In this document: in pieces, positions 27,655 through 41,180 of the stretch | Numbering within the stretch: position 1 is the first letter of the stretch | How the letters are laid out: every line of letters starts with the position of its first letter | From: the human T2T-CHM13v2.0 reference genome, Homo sapiens | NCBI RefSeq assembly: GCF_009914755.1 | Contig: NC_060947.1 | Length of the DNA: 64,000 nt | Direction: 5' to 3' (one strand) | Program-made: the position numbers and the translations under genes | The notes under the pieces: generated by a model | Database searches by the model: none | Told to the model about the DNA's origin: nothing | What the model saw: the letters and a program-made list of their open reading frames with translations, nothing else

Positions 27655-30125
27655 ACAGCAGCCAGAATAATCTTAAAACAGAAAGCAGACTAATTTATGC
27701 CCCTACCTCAAATTCTTCAATGGCTTCCCATCACAGAACAAACTCCAAACTTCCCATCGTCTACAGAGCTTAAAGTAAGCAGTAGTAAATGCTATCTTGA
27801 TCCTGACTTGGAGATACACTCACTAATTCATTCAGACATAATGTGAATATTTGGTTTTAGATATATAGTGTTAAAGTCTATTTCCTCTTTACTAAAAGAG
27901 GAATGAGTGCTAAGTTTTGTGTAATGTCTTTTTATCTATTAATATTGTCACTTAATTTTTCTTCCTTTGATCTACTGATAACTTAGACAAATAAATTTCT
28001 TAATATTGACCTATGCTTGTATTTCCGGGAAAAATCCATTGTTTTAGTATAATTCTATACGTAATTTGTAAATATTTTATTTAGGATTTTTGCATTTATA
28101 TTCATAAATTAAACTGGCACATGGTTTCCTTTTCTATGCTAACTCATTTTCGGGACTATGCTAATTCTATAAAACAAGAAGGCAAGGCAGATTTTTTCCT
28201 ATGTTTTGGGACAACTTAAAGACCACAGAGTGATCTATTTCTTGAAAGTTTAGAAGATTTTTCTCTTAAGAAATCACTGAACTTGGCATTATAAGGGTGG
28301 ACGGAAAGTGTGGTAGTGCTAATTTTTTAAGATTTCAACTTCTCCCAAGGCTATTGGTATACTGTTTCTCTCTCCCTTCCCAAATTTAGATTTTCCTAAA
28401 AAAGCATACATTTCACCAACTTTCATATTGGTATACTGTTACACTTAGTATTCTATTAAGTTTTTGAAATTAAACCTAAGGAAAATTCCAACCATATGCA
28501 AAAGTAGACAGAATAGTATAACCTTCATGTGCTCATCACCTAAGTTTAATAATCTTCAACTCACAGCCAATCTTGTTTCATATGCTCACTTCCCCAACTC
28601 CTGTAGTTGATTATTTTGAAGCAAATCTCAGACGTTATATCATTTTATCTGTAAATATTTGGGTTGTTATGATGTTTTAATCTCCTTCCTATCTGTGCTT
28701 ATATCCTGTTTTGCTTTCCTAATGTTGTGGATTTGCTTTTGTGTGTTTTCCCTTGTTTTCTAATTCGCTGATTTTTGAAATTATATTTAATTCCTTCCTC
28801 TTGCTTTTTATAGGTTTACTTTGTAGTTCTTTTTTTCTAGTTTCCTTCACTGAGTCCTTAGTTGCTTTGAGTTCTCTTATTTATTAATAAAGTTTTCTTT
28901 CAAGTATAACAATAACATTTAAGATACTACTATATTCTAGGCACTGTGCTTTACATGAAATTATCTCAGCTGATTCTCACCAATGAGGTAGGAACTATTA
29001 TCCACACTGGATGAAACAGACTAAGGCTTAAAGAGAAGTTAAATAATCTGCTGCCCAAGTTCTTATAGTTTGGATGTGGAAGTGGTCATGATGTTGGTGG
29101 ACGCATAACCAGGTAATTTGGTTTGGGGAAGGAGAGTGCACATGAATGGTCGGTGACTGACTTAGGTAAAAAAACAGGAGGTGCTGAACCTTTTCATCAG
29201 ACCCCAAAGGAAGAGGGCTGAGTATGGGGACTGTGACAGAGTTCCTGAAAACTTTTCTACACCATACATAACACCTGTCTGGCAAAACCCCAACCATGAT
29301 AAAACCCAATTATTAACCATCCTCATGACCCCATGATGACTGAACCCTGTTGAAAAAAAAATCGACCCATACGACAAAAACTTAAAATTAACATGTTCTT
29401 AATTGATTCCACTGGATACTTTTTTGTGTGTGGATCATTCCTTTTTTCAGACACTAAAAGATTTAATTTATAAGGATTTCCATCTAAGTGCAGGACAGTT
29501 AATTTTTTTAAGCACACATCCATCAATAGACAGTGTTATAAAGTGGTAAAAGCCTAAGGTTTTAAACCAGAAATGGGAAATAAGTTTCATGAAGATGATC
29601 AACTTGAAACAAATGGTAGTGTCTTCCTAGAGCACTGAGCGGGATTTCCTAGAGCACTTTCAAAGTCCTGTCTAAATGGAAAGCATGCTATGTTTCACTC
29701 ACAGAATCTCCCGTCGGCATGAAGAGAGGGTGAGAGGCAGCAGCACCATAGCCCCAGGTCTGAATTTTGCAGTAAGTTACAATATACCCTAGGTGGTATC
29801 ACTTCTCTTCCTGTCCACACATTTTTTTTCTTGCTTAGCCTGAAGTTCTTTTTACTTAGTCATGCTTGTCTAAAATAGTTAAATTAAAATACTCATTTAG
29901 GTAAAGGGGTTACAACTTTCCATATGCCAGTATTTCAGGTTGACTCAACCAACCAACCATTCATACTTGAACATAATTAAGTCACTTTGCTTTCTTTCAA
30001 AATATGGATGAGATCACTGAAACTGAAGGAATGGGTATTGTGATGAATATACTAGAACAGAAGAGAAGCAATTTTGGGTCAGAGGCACCATAGGAGGGAA
30101 GGTAAGCCATGATAAAAAGGGGAGG

Positions 30126-30164
30126 TTTTTTTTTTTTGTTTTTTTTTTTGTTTTTTTTTTTTTT
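30126..30164. repeat. Poly-T tract interrupted by G
   Basis: Directly visible. Confidence 0.9.
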
Positions 30165-30798
30165 AAGCTCTTAGGGGTGGAGGAACAGGACACTAGGAAG
30201 TGAAAAAATAGCCCTGAAAGACAGCCAAAAATGTAGCAAAGGGAAACCTTTGCCTGTGCTTGGAAATTTTCCTGGTGTATACACCCTATTTAATTCCACC
30301 ATGCAGTACTAATTATACTGCTATTTATCTCAGAAATATTTTCCTAAGTGGTATATACTTAAATCTACTAGGGTATTTTCCCCCAAGCTCTGAGTACTCA
30401 AATACACTCTCAACCAATGAGAGTTAGAACGGCAGACAATAAACAATCAGTCAATAAGTGTTATTAATATACCATGGTACAAATTTTCCCTGCCAATGAG
30501 CACTCTATTGTATTTTCCTGTGTTGAGTGAGTAATTCACTGCCTATTGTCTACTCTGCTAGGGCTTCTCTTTCCACAGTTTGTGTTTGAACCATGATGGC
30601 TGTAATAGGTGTGCAATGGTATGCTGTTAACATGGCTGTTAAGGATCATTTTGGATGCTCAAATGCAAGTTTTAAGGCAACTTTGTGTGAAGTAAAAGTT
30701 TTTACTTCAGTTAAGTAAAGACAGGAAAAGGCTGAACCTTTAGAAAGCCAGAAGAAAGGATAACAGCATTAAAATGCCAGAAGATGGAAAAGAAGTGG

Positions 30799-31097
30799 GG
30801 CCGAGTATGGTGGTTCATGCTTGTAATCCCAGCACTTTGGGAGGCTGAGGCAGGTGGATTACTTGAGGTCAGGAGTTTGAGACCAGCCTGACCAACACAG
30901 TAAAACCCCATCTCTAAAATACAAAAATTAGCTGAGTGTGGTGGCATGTGCCTGTGATCCCAGCTACTTGGGAGGCTGAGGCAGGAGAACTGCTTGAACC
31001 TGGGAGGCGGAGGTTGCAGTGAGCCACTGCACTCCAGCCTGGGTGACAGAGTGAGACCCTGTTTCCAAAATAAATAAATAAATAAATACATAAATAA
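30799..31097 (+). mobile_element. Alu (AluS-like) with (AAAT)n tail
   Basis: Dimer with a small right-arm deletion. Confidence 0.93.
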
Positions 31098-34000
31098 GAA
31101 GTAGATCTAAGATACGGGAGACAGGCAGATAGCAGGGCAAATAACAAAGGGCAAAAGAAGAGATTAAGTGTGTGAAGAACAGAAAAATCCAGCCAGAACA
31201 GAATGGCTCTATCACAAATAGAAACCAAGGGGATATGTTCAAGAGACATCACAGGATTAACTCCATACACTAAGAAGGTCTGAGTGACGGTATTTAATGT
31301 TCAGGAGAAATCGGGCTCTCCTTTATGACTATCCTTTTAGTCAAACTGATTTAGCTATCTCCAACACATCTCACTTTTCCTCCCTTTGACTTTTGTTTAC
31401 ACCATTTTCCCATAAAAGTGCATTTACCCAAATGTTGACATTTACTTCTCAAAAATCCTGTACCTATTTTTTAAGAATCAGGTTAAATTTCATGCCTTCT
31501 GTGAATTTTTGCCTGATCACACCAGTTACAACTACTTTTTAAATTTCACTTGAATTTTTATCAAAGGCTTTATAAAGGGTCAAAAAGCATTTCAAGGCTT
31601 GTAATGAGAAAGCAGCAATATATATGCTCTTGGTACCCTTTCAGTTCTTTTCATTGTTCCCTCTGGTATTTGCCTTTATGTGATAAATAATAACCTTATA
31701 ATACTTTCTCTTGATTCATCAATTTCAGATATTACCTTTAGACACCCTATTACAGATGACTTGGCACTCATATCACAGATTTTGGTTAAATCAATATTTA
31801 GTCTTTACAATTATTATGACTATGTAAACACTGCTCACTGCCGAGGTAAAGAATATACTTTAGTTACATCTCTTGTGTACAATTTTTGTTTTTCCTTAAG
31901 TTTACAGTTGCTTTGTTTTTTAATTTGCTTTTATTTTCTTTGTACCTATTTCAAATTCTTCCTACTCTGCAACAGCCTCTCAAGTGAATTTTCAATACCC
32001 AAGTCTATTTAGATTCATCACTTCTATTCCCCCACCTCTTCCCCCAATCCTGTTCCTGGAGGCAGCATTCTTGAAATTATCTGTCTTCTTCAATCTGGAC
32101 TGAGTACTCTCTAAGCTTACTGAATGAACTAGTCTTCTGAAGCTTCCTTTAATCATCATAATGGGAATAAACTTTCATCATGCTTGTAGTACTGGATCTT
32201 TTGTTGCCAAATCCCATGTCTCTCTTACTTAGTTAATAACCCTCTAGTGTTGGCAGAGCCCATTTTCCAGCGACTTCCCAAAATAGGTCCATATCTGAAA
32301 ATATCTTGGCTGAAAATCATTTTCACTAAGCATTTTAAAGGCGTTGCTCCTTGTTTTCTAACTTTTGATGCTGAAAAGTCTAATATTCTTCTATCCAATC
32401 TTTTATATAGGATTAAAAAAATCTCTAAAAGCTTTTAGGGTCTTCCCTTTATCACTAGTGTTTTGATATTTCAGAGATGAGCCTTCTTGAGAGTAGGGCT
32501 TTTTAAAATTTCTCTCATTAATAGGCTTTCAGAGGGACGTTGTAATCTGGAGACTCATGGTCCTCATTTTGGAAAATTGCTTTTTTTTTTAAAATTTGGT
32601 ATTTTAGTATTCCACTTAATCTAAAAGCATGATTATCACTATACCATTATGAAAGAAAAGATGCTGTCAATTAATATATGTCATACTATGGATTATAATA
32701 ACCATTCTGATTTCAGAGATATTACAACGTAAAAAAAAATGTTTCTTATGGTATTTCTTTCCTGCTTTCTTCCCCTTCATTTCCTCTATTGTCTCTTTCT
32801 GGAATTCCTATTAGTTAGATGTTAGATTGCTCTTCTTTCTTTTTCTCTCCTACTTTCTACCTCTTATTGTTCTACTTTTTGAGAGCTTTCCTCAATTTTA
32901 GTTTGTAAATGTTCTACTAAAATACAAAACATTCCTATTATATTTTTAACTTCTAAGAGTTTCTTCTTTTATGATTTCTTTTTTATGGCAAGTTACTTTT
33001 TCTTGGGGAATCAATTTTGTCTCAACACTCAGAGGACACTAATTAAACTTGCTTTTTCCCTGCATTGTTTGTTCCTCCAAGATCTCATTCTTTTATACTG
33101 GAAGACTTCCTCAAATAACTGGTGATATTTGGCTTTCCATAAATATTTGCGTGAGGCATTAGGAAGTGGCCTGGAAGTTATTGGCTTGTCAACTGGGAGG
33201 CTTTCTTATAGGTTAACTAGCCAACCAGGCAGCTTTTACACTAAAGGTCTCCCAAAGGACAGTATCTGACATTTCTTCAGTCACAACGCTCATCCTCCTT
33301 CCTGGAGGATATGGTCCCTAGTGGTTGGAATGGGACCAGGTCACCATTCAGTAATAGGTTTTCACTTGACCTCCCTGTTTCCAGCCCAGTGCCTTACCCT
33401 ACTTCTTCCTGTGTCCAAGGTGCCCAAGTATACAGCTTCTCTGGTTTTCTCTGTGAAATATCTTCTGTCTCCAGAGGAGAGAGGATCTAGAAACTCTTTA
33501 TATCAATATTCAACCAATCTCTGTTTTCAGCCCCATGCCATACGTCCATGTTCCACAGTACCTGGCGACCCCATTTTTGAGCTCTTCTGAGGCTCTGGGG
33601 GCCTTGAATAAGACTTGCTCACCATTAGGATATTCCTCTAAAATCACTTATGTTCTATTAATTTCATCTTGTTACCACTCTTCTATCTGCTTTTCATATT
33701 TATATCTTGTGGTTCAAGTTACAGATATCTTCTGATTTCAAAGACCAAAGTTCTGATTTCTTATTCTCCTTGTTGTTTTGGGCGGTAATTTCCCAGAGAA
33801 GAAGAGGACAAAAACAACTTTATTTTGCCATTTTTAAAGCTGCAAGTTTCCCTTATATGCTTCTGTAACAACGAATGTAGCAGAGTACTTGGCACCTAAT
33901 AGACATTCATTAACTACTTTGTTAGTGAATGACTAGATGTAGTTAGAATATGGACTAAGCTACTATAAGAAAAAGATCCCCAAATGCGACAACTCAAACA

Positions 34001-34229
34001 AAGTAAGTGCCTTTTTTTTTTTCCCCTCACAGAGCAGTCCATAGGTTAAGAGCATACTTTTGGGTGAAGAGGTGTCACTAGACCATTAGGTCATTAAGGG
34101 ACCCAGATTTCTTATTATCCACCTTCTCTACTGTCTTGTCCTAGTCGAAAGTGGCTTATCATTACATTCTGCATTGTAGCCCATGGAAAAGGGGCCAATG
34201 AACCTGCAAGAAAGCCTACCAGCTGACGA

Positions 34230-34508
34230 CCTCCATACATAAATTTATTATCTCACAGTTTTGGTGGACCAGGAATCTGGGCCAGCAACCATGTGAGCTT
34301 AGAAGCAGATCCTTCCCTAGTCAAGTTTCAGATGAAACTCTACCCCTGGTCCACACCTTAATTTCAAGTCTGAGAGAGCCTCTGAACCAAAAGATGCGGC
34401 TAAGCTCTGCCCAAATTGCTGGTCCACAGAAACTGGGAGATAATAAATGTGTGTAGTTCTAAGCCACTAAGTTTGGAGTAATTTGTAACACATCAAATAG
34501 ATAATACA
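34230..34508. mobile_element. MLT1 (ERVL-MaLR) LTR fragment(s)
   Basis: cagaaactgggagataataaatgtgtg...taagccactaagtttggagtaatttgt...aataca LTR 3' end. Confidence 0.75.
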
Positions 34509-35049
34509 ACATCTCAACGTTCCCTATGTAAATTATTAGTAGTTGACAAAAGGAAAACTTTTAATTATATATAAAAAGCAAATACAATTTTAAATTATAA
34601 GGTTAATAAATATTTTGACAATCTTTTGTATTTAATATCATTAAATAAATATTAAATACCAGGCTTTTATCTGACACCTAAGCCTAATTTGTATAATCTG
34701 GAATGATCTGCTCAACAGTCTCATCCACATTGCTGGTAGTATCTTAGTCCTGCATCTTTCTGACCTGTCTCTAGAATGCAGGTTCTTGCAGATGTAAATG
34801 CTACTAAAGCCATGAGTAGGAGAAAGTACAAACCATTTAACATCACAATGGAAAATGCTTTTAGACTACAGAGAATAAAAAATTTGGAGGTTTTCCTTCT
34901 GATTGTTTTTACATTAGCTTACATGTAAATATATATACTACAGACTAATGAAGTAAACTGCCTCAAATGGTTTTGGAGAGGGTAGGAATCTGAAGGTAGC
35001 TCAGGGCACTAGGCCCCATGCCTGGGTCCCTATGCTAGCTAAAACTTAA

Positions 35050-35620
35050 TCCATTCATTCATTTAATTAACAAATACTTATTGAACACCAACTGGGTACT
35101 GGGCACAGACATAAAACAAGGAATAAGTCAGACTTGGTCACTGCCTCATTCAATTCACAGTTTAGTAGGGAATATAGACCAAGTAAATAAGCAATGGAAT
35201 CTGGTATGGTGTTGCCATTTAAGGTATGCATAGGCTCCCGTGGCAGCAAAAAGGAAAAACACTTAACTCAAGGTCAAAGTGGAAGTGGTAGTTGTAAAGG
35301 GAAGACATCTCAGTTGAAATGACATCTAAACAGATCTGAAAGATGACCAGGAATTAAGTAGTGGGGATGGCGGTAAGGGAAAAGAATTCTGGGAGAAGGA
35401 ACATTGCCTTTGAAAGCCCATAAGCAAAAGAGAAGCTGATACATTTGAGTGACTGGACTTTCAGTAGAGGGTAGAGGTGTGCGGCTAGAGAGGATGTGGA
35501 GAGAAGTATGCAAAACCTTATTATGCAGGGCCTGGTAGGTCATGTTATGGAGGTTGGGTTTTTATTTAAAGGAACCATAAAACTATGGAGGTGTTTTAAG
35601 CAGAAGGTTAAACTGATCTT
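35050..35620 (-). mobile_element. L2 fragment
   Basis: ccattcattcattt...aacaaatacttattgaacacc antisense L2 3' end. Confidence 0.6.
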
Positions 35621-35860
35621 ATTCTTCCACAACTGACATAACGTTCATGACAATTTGTTTGATTTCTGAAAAGTTAACACTCCTAAGATGCTAAAAAACA
35701 GATAGAAACACCTAACATTTTAAATATACATACGCAATAACCAGATGGAAAACATAGCAGAAAAAAAATCCCACTTATGACATAACAAAGACTATACAAC
35801 TATAAAATACCCATAATTTGTCTTAACAAATGCACAAGAACTGTATGTAAAAAACTATAA

Positions 35861-36152
<292 letters not shown>

Positions 36153-36493
36153 AAGAAACCATAAAATTTTGATAAAGAATGTAAAAGAAAATCAGAAAGA
36201 ATGAATGTTCCTGAATGTGAAGACTCAATATTGTTAAAATAATTTTTCATGTTAATCTGTAAATTTAAGGCAATTCTCATAAAAATCCCAATAAATTTTT
36301 CAGAAGTACTTGATGAACTGATTGTAAAGTTTATCTGGAAGATTAAATGTGTAGGACTACATTTATAAGACTACATATAAGACTTTTTACAAAAGTAAAA
36401 AGGTGGGAAGGCTTGCTTTACCACATTTAAAAAAACATATAATAAAATGACAGTAATTGAAAAAGTATGTAAAGTCAAAATATTCAGGGGGAT

Positions 36494-36865
36494 TGTGGGT
36501 TGAATTGTGCCCTCCAAAAAGGTATGTTCAAGTAATCCCCGGTAACGGTGAATGTGACCTTATTTGAAACCAGTGTCTTTGCAGATGTAATTAAGATGAA
36601 GTCATATTGGAGTGGGATGGTCCCAATCCAATGACTAGTGCTCTCATGAGAAGAGGGAAATTTAGACACAGACACAAACAGAGAGATCATCTGATGCCCG
36701 AGGCAGAGAGTGGAATGATGTATCTACAAGCCATGGAATGCCAAGGATTGCTGGCAAACACCAGAAGCTGGAATAGGCAACAAAGGAACCTCCCCGAGAG
36801 CCATCTGTTGTTTTAAACCACCCAGTTTGTGGTAATTTGTTATGGCAAAGCAGGAAACTGATACA
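36494..36865 (+). mobile_element. MLT1 (B/C-like) solo LTR
   Basis: tgtgggttgaattgtgccctcc...gaatgtgaccttatttg...gtggtaatttgttatggca...ggaaactgataca. Confidence 0.85.
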
Positions 36866-37187
36866 AGGGGTATAAGGCAATTTTATACATGATAAAAGAG
36901 GTATCTCAAATGAGTAGGGAAATAATAGATTTTATTTATTCAATAAATAGAGGTTAGGATAACAGGCTATCTATTTGGAAAGAAAAGTTAGATTTCTACC
37001 TCATACCAGGTACTAAATTCCAAGTGGATCACAGATCTAAATGTAAAACAAAACAAAAAACACCAAAAAACTATAAAAGATCAAAATGTAAAAGGATTAT
37101 TTTTGTAACCTTAGTGTAGGGAAGGATTTTCTAACCAAAGCATGAAACCCAGAAGCCAGATGTGACCATTTAAAAATGAAAACTTCT

Positions 37188-37562
<375 letters not shown>

Positions 37563-37734
37563 TTACAAGATACATAATAGACATGGAGTTAATATCCAGA
37601 ATATATACAGAGATTGTACAGACCAATAAGGAGACAACAAGTAACCCCAGAGAAAACTGAGCAAAACATAAAATAACAAATGCCAATAATGATGGATACT
37701 CAACTTCACTAGTAAGCAAATGAGATGCAAATTA

Positions 37735-38071
<337 letters not shown>

Positions 38072-38351
38072 TTATCTAGAGTCACTCAAATTAAAAATAT
38101 TTTCTGATAATACCTAGTGTTGAGTAGGCAATACTCAAACAAGTATTCTCATATACTGAAATTTTGACAGGAAATTTGACAAATGTCTATTGATTTAAAT
38201 GTTTATGCCCTTGGTTTCAGTACATCCTTTTCTAAGACTATAGCCTACTGAAACACAAATTCACAAAAACAGGGGAAAATTACATTAAATATAGGATATT
38301 CATAAAATAGAATACTGTAACTGTGTAACCACTTAAAAAAGAGGTAGATCT

Positions 38352-38680
38352 GGCTGGGCATGGCGGCTAACACCTGTAATCCCAATGCTTTGGGAGGATG
38401 AGGCAGGAGGATTGCCTGAGGCCAGGAGTTCAAGACCAGCCTGGGCAACATAGCAAGACCCCATCTGTACAAAAAACACAAACATTAAAAAAAAAATTAG
38501 CTGGGTGTCGTGGCATGTGCCTGTAGTACTAGCTACCAAGAAGGCTGAGGTGGGAGGGTTGCTTGAGCCCAGGAGTTTGATGTTACAGTGAGTCATGACT
38601 CTACCACTGCACTCTAGCCTGGGTGACAGGGAGAGAGACCGTGTCTCAAAAACCCCCCAAAACAAAAAAACAAAACAAAG
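38352..38680 (+). mobile_element. Alu (AluJ-like)
   Basis: Diverged dimer. TSD-like aagaggtag. Confidence 0.92.
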
Positions 38681-39080
38681 AAGAGGTAGTTCTATATGTA
38701 CTGTCATACAAAGATGTTCAAGACATGTTAAGTAAAAAGAACAAGTTGCAGAATATGTATTTTGTAAACGTAAATAATAATTATCTTACGTACAAAATAT
38801 CAAGATGACTATAACTTAGCTGCTGACAATGGTTATTCTGTGTGTGGTGGTAGGGAACAATTTATTAATTCATTTATGTAATATTTAATGAGTATCCATT
38901 ATGTGCCAGGCACATTGGTTTAGTTACTGGGGATTCAGGAGTGAACAACAACAAAAAAACCAGATGAGGAAATGGTGAATGTCCACTTTCTATGTTAAAC
39001 GTATCTGTAAAGTATGACCTTTATATTTTTGTCTTTAACAAATTTACGTTCAATTTGGTTATTTAAAAACATAAGCTTCA

Positions 39081-39411
<331 letters not shown>

Positions 39412-39652
39412 CTAATGAAAAACTTTCAACAATATAAAGCAATTTGTTTTATCATTCTCTTAAAATCACTCTTATCAAACAGTTTTTAGAAAGGTCCCTG
39501 GCATACTCAATAATGTAGTCTGGTAAAGTTAATGTGAAAGGATCGACAAGTTTCTAACACTGTAAAATGATTACTCTGCTCAGCTGAAAAATAATAATAA
39601 CTTTACAGTATTTCATTTATCTATACCCTTTGTGATAAAATATTTTACTTAC

Positions 39653-39709
39653 AGTTTGTGGGTTAATCTCCTCCTCTCCCATAGGTTCATCCATAATTTG
39701 CTGTCCATT
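39653..39709 (-). CDS. RPS6KA3: RSK2 coding exon 2 (57 nt, NGQQIMDEPMGEEEINPQT)
   Basis: Minus-strand translation matches RSK2 residues 24-42 as I recall them. Acceptor ttttcacag|AAT, donor ACT|gtaagt, phase 0-0. Confidence 0.97.
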
Positions 39710-40099
39710 CTGTGAAAAGCACAGCAAGCAGGAAGTTACCAAAACAGACCTCACATCAGTTAAAGTTAAATGAAGGCAGACAAAAAAAAAAAAAATTGAG
39801 GAAGATTTTCACCCCTAAAGGGCTCTAATGAAGTAGAACCACCATATGAGTATGCAGTTGCTAAATTTGCAACAGGATGTGCTTCAAAAGTTAATTATTT
39901 GAAACTATAAAAACATTTTTTCATGGAAATCATATAATAAATGATTATTACCTTTCCACGTGAACCCTTGAGTTTAATAGTTAAATGCATTACAAATGGT
40001 CTCATTTAAGCCTCACCAAACATCATTACAACAGTGTATGGCAAAACACACTCTAAATTCCAACTCCATTCATAATTAATCAAGGGAACTGATTAATTA

Positions 40100-41180
40100 T
40101 TTCAGAGAAAATTAAGCCCAATCTCTACATCAAAATAAATTCCAGATGGATTAAACATTTAGATGTGAAAAAATAAAATTGTACAAGTATTAGAATACAG
40201 GTGAACAATACTCATGGGGTAAGGAGGGTTGAAATCATAAAGAAAAAAATGACATTTGAATCTATAAAAGTTTAAAACTTCTGCCAGACACAAAAAAAGA
40301 TAAAAGACAAACTGATTACAAAAAAAAAAGGCAACATATAACAAAGGGTTGGTATCCTCAATACATAAAGAGCTTTGTTTTACAAACCTGTAAGAAAAAA
40401 CGATGAACCTCAACAGAAATGAGCAATAAGGGAAAAAAGAGTTCAGCCTTAGTACTCATCAAAGAAATGCATTTAACCCAAAGACACCTTTTGCCTTTCA
40501 AATTGGTAATGATTTACAAAACAAAAACAAAAACAAAAACAAAAACAAAAAACCATTCAGTATTAACGAGGGTACGGGGGAGAGAGCACTCTGGACATAC
40601 TGCTGGAGAAAGTGTGAATCAGCACAAACTTTCAGGAAGGCAATCCGAGTCCATATTTTAAAAAAACCAAAATACCACACATAAAATTTTGAAATGTCTC
40701 ATCAATTCTACTTCTTTTTTAAAAAAAGTAGACAAGTGTACAAAGATGTACATACAAGAATGCTCACCATAACTTTTATTCCAAAAAGAACTTCAAATTG
40801 GAAACCTAAATTCCTAACAATAGAGAACTAGTTAAATATATTATGGTACATCCTTATAATGGAATACTATGCAGTCATTAAAATGATGATAAAGGTGTAA
40901 ATTCATTGACATAGAAAGACAGTCACATGTAAGAAGTGAAAAAGCAGTCTACAAAACAATATGGATTGTAATGATCCCATTCTAAATAAATATATACATA
41001 TTCCAATGTATATATTTTTATGGGAAAAACTCTGGAAGGATATACACCAAAATGTTAACAGTGGTTATCTCTGGGTGGTAGAATTTTAGACAATTTAAAT
41101 TGTTTATTTTTGCTTATTTGAATATTCTAATGTGTCTACAATGTCTACAATGAATACGTATTATTTGTGTAATTTTTAAA
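40100..41180 (+). mobile_element. Old L1M (L1ME-like) ORF2 3' and 3'UTR fragment
   Basis: ataaattccagatggatta, ggaatactatgcagtcattaaaa, gttaacagtggttatctctggg. Confidence 0.7.
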
